DNA of 64,000 bases. Source: an uncultured Dorea sp. GTDB lineage: Bacteria > Bacillota > Clostridia > Lachnospirales > Lachnospiraceae. Made by a program: the position numbers and the translations under genes. This document shows, piece after piece, positions 55,493 to 64,000 of the stretch (the first letter of the stretch is position 1; every line of letters begins with the position of its first letter). The notes beneath the pieces were generated by a model. The model worked only from the letters and a program-made list of their open reading frames with translations. It had not been told where the DNA came from and ran no database searches. The stretch covers positions 27,908-91,907 of the forward strand of contig CAPEBR010000013.1 of the NCBI GenBank assembly GCA_948602995.1. Direction: 5' to 3'.

Positions 55493-56993
55493 AATCCTGA
55501 TCCTCCAGTTCTTTGATTACATATCCGAGACTGTCTGCGATCTCTCGCGCCAGGAGACTGTAACGTCCCTTTTTCTCTGCCGCATATTCGCCGGCACGCC
55601 CATGAAGCCAGGCTCCCAGAACAGCGCCTTCTGCTGGCAGAACACCCTGCGCCAGAAGACCGGCTACGATTCCTGCCAGCACGTCTCCTGCCCCGGCCTT
55701 CGCCATGGCTGCACATCCTGACGGGTTGACATACATACGCCCTCCTCCTGAAAGAACCAGTGTGCTGGCATCCTTCAGAATGCAGGTCACCCCGGTCTCT
55801 TCTGTAAAGGTACGCAAGGCCCCTGCCCGGTCTTTTCTAAGCTCATCTACCGGGATGCCCGTCATGCGGGAGAATTCCTTCATATGTGGTGTAAGAACCA
55901 TCTTCCTGTTCTCAGATGCCCTCATGTACCGGGGATTTTCCGAGATCAGATTCAGCGCGTCAGCATCAATCACGCAGGGCACTTCTGCATTTTCAAGGGT
56001 AGTTCTCACAATCTTCTGTGACTTTTCACTCCTTCCGATACCAGAACCGATACAGATAACGTCAGCCTGGTTAAGAAGCCTTAAAAGCTCCCTCTCATCA
56101 TACAGATCATATGTCGTGACCACTGCCTCCGGAATCTGTCCCTGGAGAATCTCCCGGTTATCCTCTGTGGTATAGAGCCTCACAAGTCCTGCTCCCGCCC
56201 GGTATGCACCCAGGGCATTCAGATAAGCTGCCCCTGACATTCCCCTGCTTCCTGAGATCATAAGAAGCCTTCCGTAAGTTCCTTTGTTGGAATCCGGCAT
56301 TCTTACTGGAAGCATTCTCCTGTAATCTGCAGGTGACAGCATACATGCGTTCTTCCCATCTTCTTCAAACATTCTTAAGGAAATCCCGATGTCCGCTATC
56401 GTAACCTTTCCTGCATATTCCTTTCCCGGGTAAAGCACAAGCCCCAGCTTTTCAGCCTGGAAGGTAACTGTCTCGTCCGCCCGGAAGGCAGTTCCCAGTA
56501 TGGCGCCGGTATCTGCCGACACTCCGGAGGGAATATCCACAGCAAGCTTCCACGCAGGGCATGCATTCATCTTCCCGATCAGATCATAATAGCTCCCGGA
56601 AATCTCTCTTGCTAATCCAACGCCAAAAAGAGCATCTACTATGATACTATATTCCTCCTCTGAAAATCCGTCACACAGCCTGCCCCCTGCCTGCTCATAC
56701 TTCTTTTTCTGAAACGCCGCCTCCTCTGTAAGGCGCTTTGGGTTCCCTGCCATAACGGCGGTTACAGAGAAGCCTTCCTCTGCCAGCATCCGTGCTATGG
56801 CAAAACCGTCTCCGCCGTTATTCCCAGACCCGCACACGACACAGACCGCAGAAGGGACGGACTCTCTTTTTTTAATCCTGTCCACGCAGGCCTGTGCCGC
56901 CCGCTCCATCAGTGTAAGCGACGGAACTGAAAGTGTCCGGATCGTATACTGATCCGCAGCCTTCATCTGCCCTGCTCCTGGTAAATATCTCAT
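55479..56993 (-). CDS. nnr: Bifunctional NAD(P)H-hydrate epimerase / ADP-dependent dehydratase
   Basis: YjeF_N (GSGNNGGDGF) and carbohydrate-kinase-like C-domain (GAGDVLAG); 504 aa. Confidence 0.9.
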   Translation of the reverse strand: MRYLPGAGQMKAADQYTIRTLSVPSLTLMERAAQACVDRIKKRESVPSAVCVVCGSGNNGGDGFAIARMLAEEGFSVTAVMAGNPKRLTEEAAFQKKKYEQAGGRLCDGFSEEEYSIIVDALFGVGLAREISGSYYDLIGKMNACPAWKLAVDIPSGVSADTGAILGTAFRADETVTFQAEKLGLVLYPGKEYAGKVTIADIGISLRMFEEDGKNACMLSPADYRRMLPVRMPDSNKGTYGRLLMISGSRGMSGAAYLNALGAYRAGAGLVRLYTTEDNREILQGQIPEAVVTTYDLYDERELLRLLNQADVICIGSGIGRSEKSQKIVRTTLENAEVPCVIDADALNLISENPRYMRASENRKMVLTPHMKEFSRMTGIPVDELRKDRAGALRTFTEETGVTCILKDASTLVLSGGGRMYVNPSGCAAMAKAGAGDVLAGIVAGLLAQGVLPAEGAVLGAWLHGRAGEYAAEKKGRYSLLAREIADSLGYVIKELEDQDCEGV

Positions 56994-57016
56994 AGCCTTT
57001 CCACTCCTCCCGGAAT

Positions 57017-57077
57017 TTTAAAAAGAAAGTGTGAAGGAAAGCCTCTTTTCCTGGCTGACTTCCCGTTCCACACTTTC
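57017..57077 (-). terminator. Rho-independent terminator of rex
   Basis: Imperfect stem GAAAGTGTG..GAA / TTC..CACACTTTC (57025-57077), followed on the minus strand by CTTTCTTTTT. Confidence 0.6.
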
Positions 57078-57081
57078 CGCC

Positions 57082-57747
57082 TTATACGCTCTGGCTGCCG
57101 TCAGTGCGGCTGTGTTTTTCATTATAACGGCCTATGTTATAAGACAGTCTCATCAGGCTCTCTGACAGATGAACATTCTCCACAATAATATTCTCTGGAA
57201 GATTCAAGTCCGTATGGGCAAAATTCCAGATTGCGTGTACGCCGTTCTCTGCAAGCAGATTCGCCACCTCAACCGCCATCTCTTTAGGAATCGTAAGGGC
57301 GGCAATCTCAATCTCATTATGGGAAATAAATTCCTTAAACTCATCCATCATGCGGACTCTTACGCCGCGGATTACCGTGTCCTTAAGCTCCGGATTCACA
57401 TCAAACAGCCCCTTCAGAACAAATCCAAGTCTGTCAAAGGTCGCATATTTCGCCAGCGCCTGTCCCAGGTTTCCGGCTCCGATAATGATCATATTATGAT
57501 TTTCTCCAAGACCGAGGATCTTCCCGATCTCTGTATATAAATACTTCACATTATAACCGTACCCCTGCTGTCCGAAGCCTCCGAAATTATTCAGATCCTG
57601 ACGGATCTGTGATGCTGTTACCTTCATCCTCTTACTTAAATCATTTGATGATATTCTCTCAACTCCATTTTCAAGCAGATCACCTAAATATCTGTAATAT
57701 CTTGGCAGCCTTCGTATAACCGCCTGAGAAATCTCTCTGCCTTGCAT
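57082..57747 (-). CDS. rex: Redox-sensing transcriptional repressor Rex
   Basis: wHTH RLPRYYRYL and Rossmann fold IIGAGNLGQAL. The ATG at 57747 has AAAGGTGG 8 nt upstream. Confidence 0.95.
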   Translation of the reverse strand: MQGREISQAVIRRLPRYYRYLGDLLENGVERISSNDLSKRMKVTASQIRQDLNNFGGFGQQGYGYNVKYLYTEIGKILGLGENHNMIIIGAGNLGQALAKYATFDRLGFVLKGLFDVNPELKDTVIRGVRVRMMDEFKEFISHNEIEIAALTIPKEMAVEVANLLAENGVHAIWNFAHTDLNLPENIIVENVHLSESLMRLSYNIGRYNEKHSRTDGSQSV

Positions 57748-57898
57748 TACATGTTCCACCTTTCCCCTCAAGTATATCTATACGCTATTATATAAAATTG
57801 TATCATTAAAGTCAAACTTTTAGTTGTTTTTTTAACAGTTTTCGTTATAATAATGATTAAAGTCGTACTTAAAGTCAAAATTTGGAGGGGAAGACACT

Positions 57899-59842
57899 AT
57901 GATACTGGCATGCCATGGAATTAGCAAGTCATTTGGCGAGGAGGTCATCGTAAAGAATGGCTCCTTTCATATAGAAGAACATGAGAAGGCGGCACTGGTG
58001 GGGATTAACGGCGCCGGAAAGACTACCATTTTAAAAATGATCACAGGCGAGCTTCCACCTGACGAAGGCGGTGTGATCCTCACAAAAGGGAAGACACTGG
58101 GTTATCTGGCGCAGCATCAGGATATGACAGGAAGCGGCACTATCTATGAAGAAGTAAAGACTGCAAAGTCTGAACTGCTCGCCATGGAACAGCAGATCCG
58201 CGCAATCGAGCTTGAAATGAAGCAGCTGGACGGAGATGAGCTCAGCCGGCGTATGGATACCTACCACAGACTTATGACCGCTTTTGAAAACAACAACGGA
58301 TATGCATACGAAAGTGAAATTACAGGGGTTCTGAAAGGACTTGGATTTGAGGACGCAGATTTCGGCAGGTATACAGATACCCTCTCCGGCGGGCAGAAGA
58401 CCCGGGTATCCCTTGGAAAGCTTCTTCTCACAAAGCCGGACATCCTCCTTCTTGATGAGCCGACGAACCATCTGGATCTGAATTCCATCGCATGGCTTGA
58501 AACTTATCTTCTCAATTATCCGGGATCAGTGCTGATCGTATCCCATGACCGGTATTTTTTGAACCGGGTGGCAACAAAGATTGTTGAAATCGAAAGCGGC
58601 GGGCTTATGACTTACATAGGCAACTATAGCTCCTATGCCGAAAAGAAAAAACAGCTTAGGGATGCAAGACTTAAGGAATATCTGAACCAGCAGCAGGAAA
58701 TTAGGCACCAGGAGGCTGTCATTGAGAAGCTGCGCTCCTTTAACCGGGAAAAATCCATCAGGCGTGCAGAGAGCCGGGAAAAGATGCTGGAAAAGATCAG
58801 GCCTGTGGAAAAACCAGTAGAGCTCCATACGGAGATCCATCTAAAGCTCACCCCGTCAAAGACGAGCGGAAACGACGTACTCTCTGTAGAACACTTAAGC
58901 AAAGCCTTTCCACCCCAGACCTTATTTACAGACGTGAATTTTGAGATAAAGCGCGGGGAGCATGTGGCAGTCATAGGTGACAACGGAACTGGAAAAACCA
59001 CGCTCCTGAAAATATTAAATCAGGTAGTACCTGCCGATTCCGGTTCCTTTTGTCTTGGGACTAATGTACAGATCGGCTACTATGACCAGGAGCACCATGT
59101 CCTCCATATGGACAAGACCATATTCGACGAGATTTCAGATGATTACCCGTCCCTTACCGGTACTGAGATCCGCAACATGCTGGCAGCATTCCTCTTTACA
59201 GGGGATGACGTATTCAAGCTGATCGGGGACTTAAGCGGCGGCGAGAGGGGACGGGTATCCCTGGCTAAGCTTATGCTGTCGGAAGCGAATTTCCTCATTC
59301 TAGACGAGCCCACCAACCATTTGGACATTACCTCCAAGGAGATTTTGGAAAAGGCGCTCAATGATTACAGCGGTACTGTACTCTATGTATCCCATGACAG
59401 GTACTTTATCAATCAGACTGCCACAAGAATCCTGGATCTGGTTAACAGGACCTTCGTAAACTACATTGGAAACTACGATTACTATCTTGAAAAGAAAGAC
59501 GAACTTACCCAGACCTATACCGGCAGCAGCCAGACTGCTTCTGGCGGAAAGCATTCATACGACAGCTCTTCCATTACCTCTTCCGCCCCGTCTTCTTCCC
59601 GGCTAAGCTGGCAGGAGCAAAAAGAGGCCCAGGCAAAAGAACGGAAACGGCTGAATGACCTGAAAAAAACCGAAGAACGGATTGCAGCCCTGGAACAGCG
59701 CAGCACAGAAATAGATGTGGCTATGACACGGGAAGAGATCTACACAAGCTCCGTAAAATGCCAGGAACTCTCAAAAGAAAAAGCAGATATTGAAACAGAG
59801 CTGGAGACATTGTATGAAACGTGGGAGGCTTTGGCCGAATAA
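57899..59842 (+). CDS. ABC-F family ATPase (two ABC cassettes, no TMD; translation-associated)
   Basis: Walker A GINGAGKTT and GDNGTGKTT, signatures LSGGQKTR and LSGGERGR, an inter-domain linker and a C-terminal coiled coil. Confidence 0.9.
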   Translation: MILACHGISKSFGEEVIVKNGSFHIEEHEKAALVGINGAGKTTILKMITGELPPDEGGVILTKGKTLGYLAQHQDMTGSGTIYEEVKTAKSELLAMEQQIRAIELEMKQLDGDELSRRMDTYHRLMTAFENNNGYAYESEITGVLKGLGFEDADFGRYTDTLSGGQKTRVSLGKLLLTKPDILLLDEPTNHLDLNSIAWLETYLLNYPGSVLIVSHDRYFLNRVATKIVEIESGGLMTYIGNYSSYAEKKKQLRDARLKEYLNQQQEIRHQEAVIEKLRSFNREKSIRRAESREKMLEKIRPVEKPVELHTEIHLKLTPSKTSGNDVLSVEHLSKAFPPQTLFTDVNFEIKRGEHVAVIGDNGTGKTTLLKILNQVVPADSGSFCLGTNVQIGYYDQEHHVLHMDKTIFDEISDDYPSLTGTEIRNMLAAFLFTGDDVFKLIGDLSGGERGRVSLAKLMLSEANFLILDEPTNHLDITSKEILEKALNDYSGTVLYVSHDRYFINQTATRILDLVNRTFVNYIGNYDYYLEKKDELTQTYTGSSQTASGGKHSYDSSSITSSAPSSSRLSWQEQKEAQAKERKRLNDLKKTEERIAALEQRSTEIDVAMTREEIYTSSVKCQELSKEKADIETELETLYETWEALAE

Positions 59843-59849
59843 AACAAAG

Positions 59850-59888
59850 TTGGGGACGGGGCATTTTTAAAAATGCCCCGTCCCCAAA
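59850..59888. terminator. Bidirectional rho-independent terminator
   Basis: GGGGACGGGGCAT (59852-59864) / ATGCCCCGTCCCC (59873-59885), with T/A runs in and around the loop. Confidence 0.85.
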
Positions 59889-59918
59889 TCAGAACTTCAA
59901 ATTACCTATAACGTATTC

Positions 59919-61115
59919 TTACTTTTCTAGAAGCCATTCCGCAATATTACATATCTCAATGCCTTCATATGTGTATCTCGGATGTTTAGTTCTGGCAATT
60001 ACTTTTTTGGGATACGCATCCCGTATGCTTAAAAGCGGTGCAACCTCCCTTTTAAACGTGTCCCCGCCGGTAATATTATCGCTGACCTGAACATATATTT
60101 TTTCACTTCCACACTGTGCCACAAAATCAATTTCTTTTTGATACAGTTTTCCCACATAGACATCAAAGCCTCTTCGGAGAAGCTCCATACAGACAATATT
60201 TTCATATATCCGTCCATAGTCCATATTCCTGCTGCCCAGAACCGCATAGCGAATGCCTGTGTCGCACAGATAAAATTTATCCAGGGACTCCAGATACCTC
60301 TTTCCCCGGATATCATATCTCTTAATGTCATAAAAGACAAAGGCATTACACAGATATTTAATATACTTTCCGATTGTCATATGGTTGGTAATAATCTTGT
60401 TTTCAGATAAGATATTGCTCACCTTATTGGGGGAAGTCAAATTGCTTACATTATCCATCAGAAATTCACTGAGCCGCTGTAGTACCGTAGTATCGGAAAG
60501 ATTATACTTCTGTACAAGATCTCTGGTTACAATTGTTTCATAAACTTCTTTAATGTAATTTGTTCTATCCTTTTCGGTTCGATATACATAAGAACCCGCC
60601 AGGCCGCCGTTTACGGAATAATCCTCAAAAAGCTGTTCTCTGTCTTTGATATCACTGTAATATTCACAATATTCCTCAAAGCTAAAAGGAAATACAGGAA
60701 TCTCAACATATCTTCCTGTAAAAAGCGTTGCCAGATCCGCACTTAATAAAAAGGCGTTTGAGCCCGTAAGATAAATGTCATACTTTCTTTTTGCATACAG
60801 GCTGTTAATGGCAAGTTCAAATCCGGGACACATTTGCACCTCATCAACAAAGACATAATTTGCCTTTCCTGCCTGATGCTGCTCTTCCACGTAATGATGA
60901 AGCGCATGATACTCTTTGATTTTCTCAAATTCCAGATCCATATAATCTATATAAATAATATTGACATTGTCAAAATTATTCTGCAGATATTCTACAAAAG
61001 CCTGCATCATCTGAGATTTTCCAGAACGCCTAATTCCCGTAATGATTTTTATATCCGGAGTATCTTTCAAATCAATCATTCTGTCTAAATATCGTTTCCT
61101 CAAAATGGTCTTCAT
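59919..61115 (-). CDS. AAA-superfamily ATPase with DUF4143 (COG1373-type)
   Basis: P-loop TGIRRSGKS and a C-terminal DUF4143-like region. GC is visibly lower than in the core genes. ATG 61115 is preferred; the track start 61133 is a TTG. Confidence 0.8.
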   Translation of the reverse strand: MKTILRKRYLDRMIDLKDTPDIKIITGIRRSGKSQMMQAFVEYLQNNFDNVNIIYIDYMDLEFEKIKEYHALHHYVEEQHQAGKANYVFVDEVQMCPGFELAINSLYAKRKYDIYLTGSNAFLLSADLATLFTGRYVEIPVFPFSFEEYCEYYSDIKDREQLFEDYSVNGGLAGSYVYRTEKDRTNYIKEVYETIVTRDLVQKYNLSDTTVLQRLSEFLMDNVSNLTSPNKVSNILSENKIITNHMTIGKYIKYLCNAFVFYDIKRYDIRGKRYLESLDKFYLCDTGIRYAVLGSRNMDYGRIYENIVCMELLRRGFDVYVGKLYQKEIDFVAQCGSEKIYVQVSDNITGGDTFKREVAPLLSIRDAYPKKVIARTKHPRYTYEGIEICNIAEWLLEK

Positions 61116-61126
61116 TAATTCACTCA

Positions 61127-61234
61127 CTTTCAAAAATCAATTTTTTTTGTTTTTTTGAAATTAGTATATCATGATTGCAGAAAATATGCAATGAGCTTAC
61201 TTTCAAAAATCAAATTACTTTTGTTTTTTGAAAG
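61127..61234 (-). promoter_or_regulatory. Promoter of the AAA ATPase gene bracketed by two copies of a 34-35-bp palindromic box
   Basis: On the minus strand: TTGCAT (61191-61186), a 17-nt spacer, then TATACT (61168-61163). Box 1 is CTTTCAAAAATCAATTTTTTTTGTTTTTTTGAAA (61127-61160). Box 2 is CTTTCAAAAATCAAATTACTTTTGTTTTTTGAAAG (61200-61234). Confidence 0.5.
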
Positions 61235-61348
61235 CACTTATTTGTATTCCTATTGCGTAAGATCTAATTATAATAAAACAGAAGCGCAGCAATACAGGGA
61301 GAATTTTAAACACTCTCCCTGTATTATTTCTTACGATAAGATCTTTTA

Positions 61349-62806
61349 TTATTGGACGGTAATAATGACTCTTTGGTAATGTGACATATAGTTTTCTCTT
61401 TCGTCTCTTACCTTTACAATCATATGAATGGTATCGCCGCTCTTTGCATCCTTTGGAATAGTAATTGTGGCAATATGCTTTGAACTATTTTCTTCTGGAA
61501 GAAGCTTTCCATCAGAATCCCCGCTGTAGCTATCCGCCTCATAATACTGCCACCATTCATAGCTTATCCTGTCCCCATCCGGATCAGTTGCCGCTGCATG
61601 CAGTGTAACCCTCTCACCAGGTGCCGCTGTCAAGTCAGTGCCCTCGCTGACACTTACAGTCGGTCTATGGTTCGCCTTGCCGTAATCAGATGCCACACAC
61701 CAGTCTGCTCTTGATGCAAAATCATTTTGGATATCATCAAACCATCTTGTAAAAGTATATGCCGAGCTCATACCGCCTGCAATATTGCCCGCTTCGTCCC
61801 TCAGATATGGATTATAGTCAAAGGCACATCCGTTTGCTCTGTAAACATTATCCGTATCTTTTACAAATCTTCCGTTCCATCCTCCATAAGCAGGATCCTC
61901 CAGGTTGCGGAGCCCTGTATCCAACAGATAGAAATATGCCGGGGAATCCCCTTCTGAAAGGAATCCGTCATCCGATGAATTCAAGTGGTAATTTGCCAGT
62001 AACGGACCGTGACCATTCTTAATGTTACCAAACATCCAGTCTCCGGAAAAGGTGGTCGTCAACTCCGGTTCTCTCGTGTTCCCGGCAATATTGGCCATCC
62101 ATGGATAAGCAAATGTCCAGAAAATTCCATCAAGTCCTTTATTTTGCGTTCCGTCCACAATCGCACGAATCTCTGGCCACTCTTTGGAAATGTACTCGGA
62201 ATAAGTTTCATCCTGTTCTCCAATAAGGTACAAAAAGGCTTTCCTGTTTATTTTCTCGCAGATTGCATTCCACTCTGAGGAATTAGCATATTCTTCCTGA
62301 ATGGATTTTAATGCCATGGCAATCGTATTGGATCCTCCCCATGCCTGGAGGTATAAAGTTCTTTCATCATCATCTAACAGAGCCTCTTTAACTAGACGGG
62401 ATCCCTCTGTCTCCCCTGTCATATCGCCTTTGAATTTGATGTTTCCTTCCTTAACAATACTCTGAAGGTAATTTGGTGCGGGATACCCATCGGCATGTAC
62501 TTTCAGGTTCTCATATACCTTTGCGTAATCATCTAAAAGTCCTTTTGCCCAGTCTGTTCCTGCCCAGGAGTTCATCTCCACCCCTGTTTCAGGGTCGCCT
62601 GCCCAATGGAACTGGGAACTCGTGAACACCAGACCCTCCAAATCTATTTCATTTGCATACAGCATCAGGCGCATAAAGGAATTTTGATCATCCGCCTCCG
62701 CATCAGATGTTACGATAGTGCGTATTTTACTTTCCTGTACGACTGCCACGGCAGTATCTTGAAAAGTCCCGAAAAAGCCTGTAAAATCAATGATTCCACG
62801 GCTCAA
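61349..62806 (-). CDS. DUF1593-family protein (nucleoside-hydrolase-like N-domain + Ig-like C-domain), probably 5'-truncated
   Basis: IVTSDAEADDQNSFMRLMLYANEIDLEGLV matches the DUF1593 N-domain, and the C-terminal ANHRPTVSV...TDPDGDRISYEWWQY is the Ig-like module. The only start is a TTG with no SD and no signal peptide. The frame stays open upstream to a stop at about 62880, with no ATG or GTG. Confidence 0.65.
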   Translation of the reverse strand: MSRGIIDFTGFFGTFQDTAVAVVQESKIRTIVTSDAEADDQNSFMRLMLYANEIDLEGLVFTSSQFHWAGDPETGVEMNSWAGTDWAKGLLDDYAKVYENLKVHADGYPAPNYLQSIVKEGNIKFKGDMTGETEGSRLVKEALLDDDERTLYLQAWGGSNTIAMALKSIQEEYANSSEWNAICEKINRKAFLYLIGEQDETYSEYISKEWPEIRAIVDGTQNKGLDGIFWTFAYPWMANIAGNTREPELTTTFSGDWMFGNIKNGHGPLLANYHLNSSDDGFLSEGDSPAYFYLLDTGLRNLEDPAYGGWNGRFVKDTDNVYRANGCAFDYNPYLRDEAGNIAGGMSSAYTFTRWFDDIQNDFASRADWCVASDYGKANHRPTVSVSEGTDLTAAPGERVTLHAAATDPDGDRISYEWWQYYEADSYSGDSDGKLLPEENSSKHIATITIPKDAKSGDTIHMIVKVRDERENYMSHYQRVIITVQ

Positions 62807-62916
62807 GCAGGCATTTACTACACCACTACTACACCATTTCTGAAAGAGCCTTGAAATGACATCCCCTATATAAAATGAGTTTTAAAAAGATATAGTATTT
62901 AAATTCAGCAAAAATT

Positions 62917-62925
62917 TGTTATAAT
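62917..62925 (+). promoter_or_regulatory. Extended -10 promoter element for the orphan gene
   Basis: TGTTATAAT (TGnTATAAT) at 62917-62925, 46 nt upstream of the ATG. Only a weak AT-rich -35. Confidence 0.4.
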
Positions 62926-62971
62926 AATTAACGAAGTAAATTGATGGTTTGATTTAGAAGGAGAATTGAAG

Positions 62972-63862
62972 ATGAAAACAAAATTATCTCATACACAATT
63001 GATGGTTCCAGTATACATAAATGAAAAAATAGTTCTTGATATGCTGGCTATTATTGAAGACGGATTTTCAATGGTCAGTCAAGTTAATTCTTCGGAACAG
63101 AAAGAAAGTACTTCTGGGCAAATAGGAAGTGTTAATGCTACTACATCATTGTTGAATAAACTATTAAAGATTGATTTGAAAGGAGATATATCACATACAG
63201 GAAATGTTGGAGAATGCGAAAATATTTCAAAAGAAAAAGTACATACTAATGTTTCTTTGTTATCAAAATTTAGAACAACTTTGGAAAGCGAAAAACTTTT
63301 GGATACCACATCTGATATTTCAAATACTAAAATCGGCAGTTTTATAGAATTAGAGGGTGAATTGCAAAAAAATCCTTTAATTGATTATATGGATAAAATT
63401 ATTGATATGTTTCGGATGGTTGATATTTTTTCTGACGAGCCAGATTTGGGAAATAAGAAAAATGCTTCTTTACAGAAGAAAAAAGAAAGTCAAATAATTA
63501 AACAAATCAAAGAATTTTCCGCAGAATTAAAACATAGTGGTACAATTGACTTTATATTATCTGGTTCAAATGGAACAATTGTGCTTTCGGCACAAGAACA
63601 ATATTTAGCGAATGACAATATTTCTGAAATTATTGGCGGAAAATTCAAAATATTAGGAAAAGTAATTGCAATATGTAAAGATAGTTCAGAAAGTATTGAT
63701 TTGTTACGAAAAACAACATTATCAGTTTTAACAGATGAAATATTAGCAGATTTTTTTGCTGTATTTAAAAATGATGATATGAAACAATTCAATCTCCCAG
63801 AACTTGTAACAAAAATCAAGGGACCAGCTATGATTGTTATCCCAATTGCAATTTATGCTTAA
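62972..63862 (+). CDS. Hypothetical 296-aa soluble protein in very AT-rich DNA (no family recognised with confidence)
   Basis: SD AAGGAGA 7 nt before the ATG at 62972 (the track start 62966 is a TTG). No TM segment or catalytic motif seen. Two lobes are joined by a Lys-rich linker (EPDLGNKKNASLQKKKESQIIKQIKEF). The C-terminal GGKFKILGKVIAICKDSSESIDLLRKTTL pattern is vaguely reminiscent of an uncharacterised DUF family seen in defence islands (memory only). Confidence 0.7.
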   Translation: MKTKLSHTQLMVPVYINEKIVLDMLAIIEDGFSMVSQVNSSEQKESTSGQIGSVNATTSLLNKLLKIDLKGDISHTGNVGECENISKEKVHTNVSLLSKFRTTLESEKLLDTTSDISNTKIGSFIELEGELQKNPLIDYMDKIIDMFRMVDIFSDEPDLGNKKNASLQKKKESQIIKQIKEFSAELKHSGTIDFILSGSNGTIVLSAQEQYLANDNISEIIGGKFKILGKVIAICKDSSESIDLLRKTTLSVLTDEILADFFAVFKNDDMKQFNLPELVTKIKGPAMIVIPIAIYA

Positions 63863-63935
63863 TTTTGGAATTTGCTTATAAAAAATTTACAATTAAAATA
63901 GTATCATCATGTAATACACGAATAAAAAATATTAA

Positions 63936-63976
63936 GCGACAGCTTCCTTTTGTACCAAGGGCTGTCGCCATTTTTT
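63936..63976 (+). terminator. Rho-independent terminator of the orphan gene
   Basis: GCGACAGC (63936-63943) / GCTGTCGC (63961-63968), with inner CCTT/AAGG pairing, followed by CATTTTTTG. Confidence 0.7.
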
Positions 63977-64000
63977 GCAAAATTATCTATCTTGAAAAAT

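Overview
Chromosomal segment of a spore-forming Clostridia (Lachnospiraceae-like) genome, mid-range GC by eye. It holds about 60 protein genes, all but four on the minus strand, and nearly all are conserved housekeeping genes. The main blocks are: a cell-shape/division block (mgsA-rodA-minCDE-PBP2-mreBCD-radC, 1.7-10.9 kb); mutS-mutL-miaA (16-21.6 kb); miaB; folate/C1 genes (5-formyl-THF cyclo-ligase, folD, fhs); and yqfC-yqfD-phoH-ybeY with a SpoVB/MurJ-type flippase. Also present are lepB, two D-Ala-D-Ala carboxypeptidases, rlmH, a ZIP transporter, an nfnAB-like oxidoreductase, an Fe-alcohol dehydrogenase, ftsK, metY, yebC, alr-mazF, nnr, rex and an ABC-F ATPase. I saw no rRNA, tRNA or CRISPR array. 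I do not see a complete, clearly novel multi-gene system. The unusual signals are in non-coding DNA and in small accessory patches. (i) A 133-bp MITE-like element occurs in two inverted copies (131/133 identical) with terminal inverted repeats and 8-bp target duplications; one copy sits inside a terminator loop. (ii) Two other long palindromic intergenic elements share one terminus. (iii) A decayed zinc-ribbon/HTH regulator has left an intact near-consensus promoter, embedded in a palindromic operator, upstream of a secreted HExxH protein. (iv) An intact MazF/EndoA toxin follows alr with no room for the usual antitoxin gene. (v) A lower-GC patch runs from 59.9 kb to the window end. There, very AT-rich DNA appears to truncate a DUF1593 gene and carries a self-contained 296-aa orphan gene, possibly the edge of an island that continues past 64000. 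All family names come from reading the translations and from memory; nothing was searched.
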